The notes under the pieces: generated by a model
What the model was told of the DNA's origin: nothing
The model's input: the letters and a program-made list of their open reading frames with translations, nothing else
Databases searched by the model: none
Program-made: the position numbers and the translations under genes
NCBI GenBank assembly: GCA_018818285.1
Contig: JAHIRT010000030.1
Span: 1 to 50,988, forward strand
Direction of reading: 5' to 3'
DNA from: Nanobdellota archaeon
GTDB lineage: Archaea > Nanobdellota > Nanobdellia > Pacearchaeales > GW2011-AR1
Length of the DNA: 50,988 nucleotides
Shown: positions 28,928 through 37,771 of the stretch, piece after piece
How positions within the stretch are numbered: position 1 is the first letter of the stretch
Layout: every line of letters begins with the position of its first letter

Positions 28928-30095
28928 TTTTTTCAACCACTGCATAAACCTCGTCGTTTTTTCTGCAATAAGGAAGGGCAATTCCAACTTCTTGGCTTTT
29001 TTTTACTTCTTTGATTTTTTTATTTTCAATTTCCATGCTTTTGATTTTTGTTCTAAAAAATGTGCTATTGCCAATAACTAAAATTTCATCTCCCAATTTT
29101 AATTCTCCTGCACAGATTTTTATTCCAGCAACCCCTGATTTTTTCCAATAATGAAAAACTTTTCCAATGAATTTTTTAGTTTTTTGCTGAGAGCCATGCT
29201 CTGAATTTGTGAAATCATCGGCAGTTGGAGTTTTAAAATAAAATCCATTTGAAAAATCTCTATTATAAACTTGTTTTAATTCTTTAATTGATTGTTGAAT
29301 TTCTTTTTTATTTATTTTTTTATCAAGGGCTTTTCTGTAAATTAATGTTACTTGATAAACATATTCTGGTTCTCTGTTTCTGCCCTCAATTTTAAATGAG
29401 GATATTCCAGAAGCTTTTAATTTTTCTATAAAAGGCAGAGTGCATAAATCCTTGGCAGACATAACTTTATTGTTTTCAAGTTTTAATTCATTTCCTTCGC
29501 TGTCAATTATTTTATAAGATTTTCTGCAAGGATGCCTGCATTTTCCTCTGTTCGCACTTTTATTATGAAGGAACTGAGAAGTAAAGCATCTTCCTGAAAC
29601 AGCAACACACATTGCTCCATGAATAAATATTTCTACAGGAATGATTTTTGAAATTTCTTTAATTTGTTTTAAGTTTAATTCTCTTGCAAGAATAATTCTT
29701 TTTGCTCCTAATTTTTTATAAAATTTTGCTGCTTCTGAATTTGAAACACTTGCCTGAGTTGAAATATGAAATGGAACTTTGTATTTTCTGCACAATTCAA
29801 TAACACTTAAATCCCAGCAAATCACAGCATCAACCTTGCCCCTAATTTTTTTTATTATTTTTTCAAGATTTTTTAGTTCATTGTCAAAAATAATTGTATT
29901 CAAGGTTAAATATTTTTTAATTTTTTCCCCGCAAATCTTGTTTATTTCATCTAAATCCTTAATTGAGAAATTTTTAGCAGAGTCTCTCATATTAAATTCT
30001 TTCAAGCCAAAATAAACTGCATCTGCTCCTGCTTTTATTGCAGAGTTCAAACTTCGAAAATCTCCTGCAGGTGATAAGAGTTCTATTTTTGACAT
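28914..30095 (-). CDS. Peptidase U32 family protein
   Basis: ELLSPAGDF..AIKAGADAVYFG N-terminus and a conserved Cys cluster, CRHPCR. Confidence 0.8.
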   Translation of the reverse strand: MSKIELLSPAGDFRSLNSAIKAGADAVYFGLKEFNMRDSAKNFSIKDLDEINKICGEKIKKYLTLNTIIFDNELKNLEKIIKKIRGKVDAVICWDLSVIELCRKYKVPFHISTQASVSNSEAAKFYKKLGAKRIILARELNLKQIKEISKIIPVEIFIHGAMCVAVSGRCFTSQFLHNKSANRGKCRHPCRKSYKIIDSEGNELKLENNKVMSAKDLCTLPFIEKLKASGISSFKIEGRNREPEYVYQVTLIYRKALDKKINKKEIQQSIKELKQVYNRDFSNGFYFKTPTADDFTNSEHGSQQKTKKFIGKVFHYWKKSGVAGIKICAGELKLGDEILVIGNSTFFRTKIKSMEIENKKIKEVKKSQEVGIALPYCRKNDEVYAVVEKTNLK

Positions 30096-30229
30096 AGAAA
30101 AAAGAGAGATGAGGATTATTTAAAGATTGGCAAGATTGTATGTTTATGGTTGGTGGGAAATGAAAATGCATAAATTTATAAAAAAGAAACACATAACTTT
30201 ATCGATAAAAGAGGATTGATAATTTAAAG

Positions 30230-30475
30230 ATGATAACCAATACATTAGCTATGGAGTTAAAATCTTTTGAAACAGATTTTATTTTTTTTCAGAATAAAAA
30301 ATCAGATTTAAGAAAAGATTTTTTGAACAAATTTGTTGCAATTAAAAGAGGGGAAATTATTGCCTCTGGGAATTCTATAGAAGAAGTTAATAAAATATTA
30401 GAAAGTAAAAACATAGACCCTGCGAAAACAGTTATAGAGTTTGTTCCTGAAGAAGAAGGCATAATGGTTCTATAA
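30230..30475 (+). CDS. Small DUF5678-like protein
   Basis: KFVAIKRGEIIASGNSIEEVNKILESKNIDPAKTVIEFVPEEE matches my memory of the family pattern. Its stop lies 1 nt before the next ATG. Confidence 0.45.
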   Translation: MITNTLAMELKSFETDFIFFQNKKSDLRKDFLNKFVAIKRGEIIASGNSIEEVNKILESKNIDPAKTVIEFVPEEEGIMVL

Positions 30476-30476
30476 G

Positions 30477-30914
30477 ATGTTTAAAATTCCATTATTTAGT
30501 GGAAAAAGTTTAGGTTTTGATAGGGATATGGTAACTTTTTCTGTTAAGTATGGAAACCTGCCAAACTTTTTTTGTAAGGGCATTGTTGATACTGGTTGCC
30601 CTTTTACGATAATTAATGAGAGTTCTATAAAAAGAACAAGAATACCTTATAACTCTAAACCTTCTAAATATAATGTCCAGCTTGGAAATATTAATATGGA
30701 TTTAATAGAATTAGGTATTTGTGAAATAAATTTTAGAGATGAAAATGGAGAGATTAAAAAATTTGAACAAGAAATTTATGTTGGTATTCCAAGAGTAAAG
30801 GGTTATCTTGCACAAGAATTACCAAGTTTTATTGGAAAAGATTTTCTTAATAATCACTCATTATCAATCATAAATAAAAAAGATGGGAAGAGCTATTTGA
30901 TGGGGGAGGATTGA
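30477..30914 (+). CDS. Retropepsin-like (clan AA) aspartic protease
   Basis: GIVDTGCPFTIIN, the D-T-G active-site signature in a hydrophobic context; about 145 aa. Confidence 0.55.
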   Translation: MFKIPLFSGKSLGFDRDMVTFSVKYGNLPNFFCKGIVDTGCPFTIINESSIKRTRIPYNSKPSKYNVQLGNINMDLIELGICEINFRDENGEIKKFEQEIYVGIPRVKGYLAQELPSFIGKDFLNNHSLSIINKKDGKSYLMGED

Positions 30915-30933
30915 AGTGGGACAGGGGGTGGGG
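30902..30933 (+). other. G-run tract with G-quadruplex potential
   Basis: GGGGGAGGATTGAAGTGGGACAGGGGGTGGGG, in an otherwise very AT-rich context. Confidence 0.4.
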
Positions 30934-30953
30934 AAGAAAAAACAATAAAACAC

Positions 30954-31304
30954 TTAAATAAATTCTTTAATTATTAAACAAACAATTCTCATTAATGTTA
31001 ATATAAACAAAAGAATGGATAGATTATACATAGATTTACTTAATAGGGATTTATAAACAGGAGTGGTTATGATTATATGCCTCTTTCCATCGTATCTTTC
31101 ATTCTGATTTACTTTTAAGGACATAAAATAAATTATGGAAGTAAATCCCACTAGTAGTATAAGTATAGAGTCGGGAAAGAAAATTTTCACAGAACTTATC
31201 TCTATATTGGGCAGAAGTCCCCCAAAAATTATGATTGCTGAAATTATTATTCCTTTATTTGCATAGTTTTCTTCATTAGATAATTCTCTTAATTTTTCAT
31301 TCAT
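30954..31304 (-). CDS. Small membrane protein (about 3 TM) coupled to the R-M gene
   Basis: Its ATG lies 2 nt after the R-M stop, on the same strand. Confidence 0.45.
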   Translation of the reverse strand: MNEKLRELSNEENYANKGIIISAIIIFGGLLPNIEISSVKIFFPDSILILLVGFTSIIYFMSLKVNQNERYDGKRHIIITTPVYKSLLSKSMYNLSILLFILTLMRIVCLIIKEFI

Positions 31305-31306
31305 TT

Positions 31307-34300
31307 TTAGCCCTCTTCAATAATTTCTTTTTCTTTATCTGTTATTCCATACAAATCATAAACAATATTATCTATTTGCTTTTCTAATGCCTCGATCTGC
31401 TTTTTAATAATTTCTTTTTCTCTATTAAGATTAATGGATTCTAACTTTTTGTTTAATTCTATTATCAAGTCCACATTTTTTATAATCTGGTCATCTTCTT
31501 TATTAATTAATGGAATTTCCAATATTGGGGATTTGTCTATTTGTAATTGTTCGCCTTGTTTTTTTCCTTTATGATAAAGCCAAAAATTAATCAGCTTAGA
31601 ATTTAGTAATCCTGTTAAATATTTTAAGTTTATGTTCTTTGGTTTTACTATTAAAAAAGCTCTTGAAACATAGCAAGGAAAATTTGTATAAGTAAAAGAA
31701 ACTGCTTTGGTTTTCCTTAAAGAAAATATCTTATCTCCCTCAAAAAATCTTTGCTCTCTTGGTCTGTGCAATCCATAGGGTTTGAATGCAGAAGTTAATA
31801 TTTTCTTAAATTTATCTAAATGATTTTTTATATTTGGATATTCTTTAATATTTTGTCTTACTTCAGCATCAGCATAAATAAGATAATATTTATTCTTAGA
31901 ATTTCCAGAATATTTTCCTAATTGTTCCGAAGCATAATAAGGTTTTATTTTTTCTAATTCTTTTTTACTAAATTTTATTTTTTCTAATTCCCTTTGATTT
32001 AATACAAATACTCCTTCCCCCTTATTTACACTATCATCTTTTAATTTGATTAAATGCTTTTCTGTAATAAAATCTTGCAAAACATCTATCCCATTTCCAA
32101 TATCCTCATTTTTTAAATGATAATCTCCTGCCGATTCAATTTTATTTAATACCTTTGATGTTTCTGAATTAGCAAAGGTTATAGGTTTATCTTTTAATTC
32201 AGCAGGGTTAATTTTAGCTTTAAACTTCTCTATCTTGTTGCCACCTTTTTTAGTTAAAAGATAATTTAATAATTCTTCTTTAGAAATATTTTTATTAATA
32301 ATTTTATAATAATCAATAGAATAATTTTTATTTGCTCTTTTTTTTTCTAATACAAAAACCATAGTTTGTATTCCTGCTTGTTTGAAAACCTTAAAATCAT
32401 TAAAATCAAAGAAGGAGATTATTTTAGAATCTGATAATATTTTATTCCTTAAAATAGAAGCCCCTGCATTTGTAATCCAATTATTTTGAGCAATATAGCT
32501 ATGTAATCCATTTTCTTTTAACAAATCTAATGCCTTGCAAGTGAAAAAATACCATAAGTCCATCTTTCCTTGATAATATTTTTTCATATCTGTATTTTTA
32601 ACAATCTCAAAAGATTCCCTATTAACATCTTCTTTTACATAGGGAGGGTTTCCTATTATCACATCAAAACCCCCATTATCTAAAATTTTTCCAAATCCTT
32701 TTTCTTTATCTTCCCAATCAAAAGGATTAATTTTATCCAATTCTTCTGACGAAGAAGTTAATGTTCTTTGAGCAAAATAAGAAGAATTAACTAATGAATT
32801 CCCGCATCTAATATTTTTATCAATATCTGGTAATATTCTTTCTTTGAATAATTTTAATTGTTGGTTAACACTTGCTTTAGTTTCGTTTTCTAAAACCTTT
32901 AATAATAAACTTAATTTTGTTACTTCTACTGCCTGTGCGTCAATATCAACTCCATAGATATTATTTAACAAAACGTTCTTTCTTATATCTGTAGTCAAAA
33001 ACCAATTTCCTTTTTTAGATTGATAAATTTCATTTTTATATTTGGTTGGATTTTGTTTATAATACCCTAAAAGATAATCTAAAATGTAAGTATATGCCCT
33101 AACTAAAAAAGTTCCAGAGCCACAAGCGGAATCTAAAATTTTAATCTTTTCTATTTGTTTAGGTATTTTGCCTTTGATTAGTTTTCCTATTGTATTCTCT
33201 GTTATATAATCTACAATATATTCAGGAGTATAATAAACTCCCCCTGCTTTTCTAACTTCTGGTTTTTCCTCTACTTTTGCCTGATGAGAAGAAGTTAATC
33301 TTATTGTTTTCCCTAAAAATCTTTCATATACTTTGCCTAAAATCTCAATAGGTAAAACTGAAAAATCATAAGGAGATTTTGGATAATAAAGATTAATTAT
33401 AATCTCTTTCAGAATTTTATCATCAACTAATAAGTTGGGGGTTATGCTGTCTTCAGCAAAATCAAAAATTCCACTATTATATTTATCATCAGATTCTTTA
33501 AAATAAGGCATTAAGTTTTTGTATATGTTGTCTTTTTCTGCAATTTCTTTTAATGTTCCATATTTCTCAATGTTTTTGTATTCACAAATTATTAAAAATA
33601 AAATTCTGTCTATAATCTTTTGAACAGAATAATTTAATTCAGATATTTTTAATTCAGAATTTCTTAAAGCTAAATTCTTTGCTAAACTATCTCTCCATTT
33701 TTCAATCTCTCTTAAAAAAGAATTATCTACTTCTGTTGTTCCCTTCATTCCTTTTTTAGATTCAACAAATTTATCAAAACTTCCTTTCCATACAGAGTCA
33801 TGTGAGAAAATATCTTCTATTTTATCAAACTCTTCTATATAAGATTCATAAGTGATTGCTGGCATAATCCTCGCTACGCTTGAATCATCATTAATATTTG
33901 GTTTAACTCTGCAATCATAAACTACAAACTCTTCAAAATCTGTTAATATAGAGATAGGTATTCCCATATTCCAAGCATAACGCCTTAATTGATAAGCAGA
34001 TTTTGAATTTTCTTTAAGATTTATTGATGGCTTTTTAGCTTCAACGAAAAATATTCTTTGGTTACCAACTCTAAAAGCATAATCTGGAGCCTTAGTTTTT
34101 CCTTCAATTTTTATAGAATCTTCACTTATTACTTCTTTAAATTGTTCAGGTAACCCTTTTTCATTATCAACATCCCATCCCAATAACTTAAAGAATTTGT
34201 CAATAAATTCCTTCCTAACTTGTGCTTCTTTGTATGTAGGTAATTTATACTGATTTATATTATCTCTAAAAGTTTTTACTAATTTTTCTATTTCTTGTTT

Positions 34301-34318
34301 TGCTGTTTCCTTATCCAT
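31307..34318 (-). CDS. Type IIG restriction-modification enzyme (PD-ExK nuclease + N6-adenine methyltransferase + TaqI-like specificity domain)
   Basis: APDYAF..FFVEAKKP nuclease motif, DSACGSGTFLV (motif I), IIGNPPYV (motif IV), C-terminal LTGLLNSKLINFWLY. Confidence 0.85.
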   Translation of the reverse strand: MDKETAKQEIEKLVKTFRDNINQYKLPTYKEAQVRKEFIDKFFKLLGWDVDNEKGLPEQFKEVISEDSIKIEGKTKAPDYAFRVGNQRIFFVEAKKPSINLKENSKSAYQLRRYAWNMGIPISILTDFEEFVVYDCRVKPNINDDSSVARIMPAITYESYIEEFDKIEDIFSHDSVWKGSFDKFVESKKGMKGTTEVDNSFLREIEKWRDSLAKNLALRNSELKISELNYSVQKIIDRILFLIICEYKNIEKYGTLKEIAEKDNIYKNLMPYFKESDDKYNSGIFDFAEDSITPNLLVDDKILKEIIINLYYPKSPYDFSVLPIEILGKVYERFLGKTIRLTSSHQAKVEEKPEVRKAGGVYYTPEYIVDYITENTIGKLIKGKIPKQIEKIKILDSACGSGTFLVRAYTYILDYLLGYYKQNPTKYKNEIYQSKKGNWFLTTDIRKNVLLNNIYGVDIDAQAVEVTKLSLLLKVLENETKASVNQQLKLFKERILPDIDKNIRCGNSLVNSSYFAQRTLTSSSEELDKINPFDWEDKEKGFGKILDNGGFDVIIGNPPYVKEDVNRESFEIVKNTDMKKYYQGKMDLWYFFTCKALDLLKENGLHSYIAQNNWITNAGASILRNKILSDSKIISFFDFNDFKVFKQAGIQTMVFVLEKKRANKNYSIDYYKIINKNISKEELLNYLLTKKGGNKIEKFKAKINPAELKDKPITFANSETSKVLNKIESAGDYHLKNEDIGNGIDVLQDFITEKHLIKLKDDSVNKGEGVFVLNQRELEKIKFSKKELEKIKPYYASEQLGKYSGNSKNKYYLIYADAEVRQNIKEYPNIKNHLDKFKKILTSAFKPYGLHRPREQRFFEGDKIFSLRKTKAVSFTYTNFPCYVSRAFLIVKPKNINLKYLTGLLNSKLINFWLYHKGKKQGEQLQIDKSPILEIPLINKEDDQIIKNVDLIIELNKKLESINLNREKEIIKKQIEALEKQIDNIVYDLYGITDKEKEIIEEG

Positions 34319-34435
34319 AAACCATTTAGAAAATACACTTATTTAAATCCTACTTTTAAACCTTGCCACCAACCGATAATTTAACAAAACCAACATTCAC
34401 AAAGCTTTTTTATATTGTGGTTTTGTCTTTATTGC

Positions 34436-35875
34436 ATGCAAAAAAAAGAGAAAATCAGGCAGAGGGATTTAGCAGAAGAATTAAGGAGAGCTGATATTTC
34501 AAAAGAGAAAAGAAAACAGATTTTGGAAAATGTAAGGGATAAATTAGAAAAAGATAATTCAATGAAGCTCTCGATAAAAGAAGGTGGTTTTGCTTCTATT
34601 ATGAGTGGTTTAGGTGATTCATACATCATACCATTTGCTCTTGCTCTTAATTCAAGTAATTTTCAAATAGGATTATTAAAAAGTTTTTCAAGTTTATTTC
34701 CTCCTTTGTCTCAGATTTTTGGCTCAAAACTTATTGAGAAATATCCAAGGAAAAAAATAATTGTGTTTTATGTTGCTCTTCAAGCTTTAATGTGGATTCC
34801 AATACTATTGCTTTCATTTCTGTTCATGAAAAATATTTTTTTTGATTATCTCCCATATTTCTTAATTTTATTTTATACTTTTAATGTAATTTTTGGGGCT
34901 ATTGCTGGACCTGCATGGTTTTCGCTGCTTGGAGATATTGTTCCTGAAAATATAAGGGGAAGGTATTTTGGAAAAAGAAACAGGATTACCGGAACAATTG
35001 CATTAATATCAACTCTTATTGGAGCATTTTTACTTGATTTTTTCAAAACAAAAGGAATTATATTAATTGGTTTTTCAATTTTGTTTTCAATAGCAGGAAT
35101 AGCAAGATTAATCTCTGTTTATTTTTTTGAGAAGCACTATGAGCCAAAATTTAAATTAGATGGCAAGTATTATTTTTCTTTTTTGAGTTTTTTAAAGGGA
35201 ATAAAAAAATATAATTTCTCAAGGTTTTCATTATTTGTTGCTATAATGCATTTCTCTGTTGTAATTGCAGGCCCGTTTTTTTCAGTTTATATGCTAAAAG
35301 AATTGAATTTTAGTTATGTAACTTTTATGGGTGTTAGTCTTTCTGCGTCATTATTTTCATTAATTATGATGCCTATATGGGGGAAGTTCTCTGATAAATA
35401 TGGAAGAAAAGAAGTTTTGATTATTTCCTCTGTTTTGATTTCAATAATGCCCTTGCTTTGGTTTTATTCTTCTTCTCCATATTATTTAATTTTTCCTATG
35501 GCAATTTCAGGGATTGGCTGGGCAGGTTTTAATCTTTCTGCATTTAATTTTATTTATGATTCAGTGAGTATAAGAAGAAGGGGGTTGTGTGTTGCTTATT
35601 ATAATCTTTTGATTGGAATTGGATTATTTTTAGGTGCTGGTTTAGGTGGAATAATTTTGAAATTCCTTCCTTTGTTAAATTTAAACATTAATAGTTTTCT
35701 TATTTTGTTTCTTGTTTCTGGAGTTTTAAGAGGATTAAGTGCAATAATATTTTTGCCTCAAATCAAAGAAGTGAGAAAAGTCCGGAAATTTCATCCGGTT
35801 TTATTATTCAAAAAAATGAGAATAACTCATGGAATAACTCATGAATTAATGCATGATTTTGGAATAGAAAAGTGA
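34436..35875 (+). CDS. MFS transporter
   Basis: About 12 hydrophobic segments and a G.RYFGKRNR loop motif. Start taken at the ATG at 34436. Confidence 0.75.
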   Translation: MQKKEKIRQRDLAEELRRADISKEKRKQILENVRDKLEKDNSMKLSIKEGGFASIMSGLGDSYIIPFALALNSSNFQIGLLKSFSSLFPPLSQIFGSKLIEKYPRKKIIVFYVALQALMWIPILLLSFLFMKNIFFDYLPYFLILFYTFNVIFGAIAGPAWFSLLGDIVPENIRGRYFGKRNRITGTIALISTLIGAFLLDFFKTKGIILIGFSILFSIAGIARLISVYFFEKHYEPKFKLDGKYYFSFLSFLKGIKKYNFSRFSLFVAIMHFSVVIAGPFFSVYMLKELNFSYVTFMGVSLSASLFSLIMMPIWGKFSDKYGRKEVLIISSVLISIMPLLWFYSSSPYYLIFPMAISGIGWAGFNLSAFNFIYDSVSIRRRGLCVAYYNLLIGIGLFLGAGLGGIILKFLPLLNLNINSFLILFLVSGVLRGLSAIIFLPQIKEVRKVRKFHPVLLFKKMRITHGITHELMHDFGIEK

Positions 35876-36547
35876 TTAAGCATTAAACAATTCTTTTCTC
35901 ACATTTTTTCCATATTTTCTTGCTAATGTTAATGGTTCAGGAATTTTATGTGGTGGTATTGTAAATCTTTTTACTAAATTAACAGCAGAATTTAAAGAAA
36001 TAAAATTTCCAGGGCTTACATAAATTGGCCTTGCTCCTTGTTTTGTCTGGATAACTTTTCCTGCAATTTTGTTATTTAACAAAATATCTTCTCCTTTTAT
36101 TTCTCCTGCTAATAAAGAATCTGTAATTCCAATTGTTGGAACATTAACTGAAAGAGAAAAATGAGATGCAATTCCAATTCCTCTTGGATGAAGAACGCCA
36201 TTGCCTCTTATAAAAACAAAGTCTGGTTTTTCATCTAATTTATTAAAAGCTTCAATCATTGTTGGAAGTTCTCTGTAAGCTCTAAAACAAGAAAGATAAG
36301 GGAACCTTATTTTGTCTTCTGAATATTCCTGTTCAAGAATTTCTCCTTCAGAAAAAACAACAACAGCAGAGATTATTCTGTTCTTGAAAAAAATATTATC
36401 AATTCCTGCAATTCTTTGGGATAAATCAAAATTAATTGAATCTTTAATATTAATGCTTTTTGATAATTTAATCTGTTCTTTCTTGAGTTTATCTAAGTCT
36501 ATGTTGTATTTCTTGACAAGAGATTCTATTTCCTCTTTTTTATGCAT
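35876..36547 (-). CDS. nfi: Endonuclease V
   Basis: IAGIDN, YLSCFRAYRELP, and FIRGNGVLHPRGIGIASHFSL..VPTIGI. Confidence 0.85.
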   Translation of the reverse strand: MHKKEEIESLVKKYNIDLDKLKKEQIKLSKSINIKDSINFDLSQRIAGIDNIFFKNRIISAVVVFSEGEILEQEYSEDKIRFPYLSCFRAYRELPTMIEAFNKLDEKPDFVFIRGNGVLHPRGIGIASHFSLSVNVPTIGITDSLLAGEIKGEDILLNNKIAGKVIQTKQGARPIYVSPGNFISLNSAVNLVKRFTIPPHKIPEPLTLARKYGKNVRKELFNA

Positions 36548-36580
36548 AGATTTTTAAACATATTGGGATATTAAAATTTT

Positions 36581-37267
36581 ATGTTTAGTAAAAAATGCAA
36601 TAAATGTAATGGAAAAATAAGCAAAGACTTTGATTTTTGCCCTTGCTGTGGAAATAATTTAAGAAAACAGCATGAAGAAGAGGATTATGGTTTGTTAGGA
36701 AAAGATGATGTTTTGCCTGATTTTGGATTAAAAATGCCTTTTGGATTAAATAAAATTTTTAACACACTTTTAAGCCAGCTTGATAATCAATTTGGTGAAT
36801 TGGATAATAGAGTTAAACAAGAGAGAAAAATAAAAAAAGAAAAAAAGAATCCATTTTCAAATCAAGGAGGGTTGAGTATAAAAATTTCTTCATCAACTGG
36901 AGAAAGGCCTGAAATTCAAATCAGAGGATTTGGTCCTGGATTTAAAGAAATAAAAACAGAAGCACAAAAACCAGTGAAAATTAAGCAACCTAAAATTTCA
37001 GAAGAAAAATTAAGAGAATTTTCAAAACTGCCAAAAAAAGAAGCTGAAACCAATGTTAGGAGATTAAGCAATAAAATTATTTATGAACTAAATGTGATTG
37101 GAGTAAAATCTATTTCAGATGTAATAATCAACAAATTAGAGAATAGCATAGAAATAAAAGCATTTTCAAATAAAATTGCATATTCTAAAATCATACCTAT
37201 AAATCTTCCTCTTCTAAAGTCTTATCTTGAAAAACAAAAACTTATTCTTGAATTTAAAATTAAATGA
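36581..37267 (+). CDS. Zinc-ribbon protein, otherwise uncharacterised
   Basis: N-terminal CNKCNG..CPCCG. Confidence 0.5.
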   Translation: MFSKKCNKCNGKISKDFDFCPCCGNNLRKQHEEEDYGLLGKDDVLPDFGLKMPFGLNKIFNTLLSQLDNQFGELDNRVKQERKIKKEKKNPFSNQGGLSIKISSSTGERPEIQIRGFGPGFKEIKTEAQKPVKIKQPKISEEKLREFSKLPKKEAETNVRRLSNKIIYELNVIGVKSISDVIINKLENSIEIKAFSNKIAYSKIIPINLPLLKSYLEKQKLILEFKIK

Positions 37268-37388
37268 GCCTGCGAGGATTTGAACCTCGGACCCCCAGCT
37301 TTCTTAGCTTTATGCTAAATTAGCTTTGAATCAAAATGATTCAGTGTCTTATAAGACTGGTGCTCTAACCAGGCTGAGCTACAGGCTC
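37265..37388 (-). tRNA. tRNA-Ile(UAU) with a ~49-nt intron
   Basis: Hand-folded. Acceptor GAGCCTG/CAGGCTC, D arm GCTC/GAGC, anticodon stem CCAGT/GCTGG, loop CTTATAA, T arm CGAGG-TTCAAAT-CCTCG. Intron helix CTTA/TAAG followed by an AAA bulge. Confidence 0.75.
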
Positions 37389-37510
37389 ATAATTCATTGA
37401 GTTTTTTAGGATATTTAAATTTTTACATTGGAAAATTCTCGTGTGTTTTTTCTTCAATATATCCTCACATACAAAAGCTTTTTAAAGGGAGTTTATTTAA
37501 TAATTTTACA

Positions 37511-37699
37511 ATGGAAAACGAAACAGAAAAAATTGAAGAAGCTGAAGAAGCAGTAGAAGAAGCAGAAGAAAAAGTTGATGAAGCTGCTGAAGATGCTGAA
37601 GGCGAAACAAAAGAAAAGTTAGATGAAGCTTCAGATGATCTTAAAGAAGCTGAAGAAGCTGTTGAAGACGCTAAAGAATCTGAAGAAGATTCTGAATAA
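37511..37699 (+). CDS. Small, highly acidic protein
   Basis: 62 aa from the internal ATG; E/A/D-rich helical repeats. Confidence 0.35.
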   Translation: MENETEKIEEAEEAVEEAEEKVDEAAEDAEGETKEKLDEASDDLKEAEEAVEDAKESEEDSE

Positions 37700-37771
37700 A
37701 TCTAATCTAATTTTATTTTTTTTATTTTTTATTTAAGATAGATTTTTATATGTTTGTTATTTAAAAGAATT

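Noticed and set aside
37397-37510. 38-codon N-terminal extension of the acidic small-protein ORF
   Set aside because: It starts immediately beside the tRNA-Ile 5' end, has a non-ATG start and is hydrophobic and aromatic junk. The internal ATG at 37511 begins the acidic repeat region.
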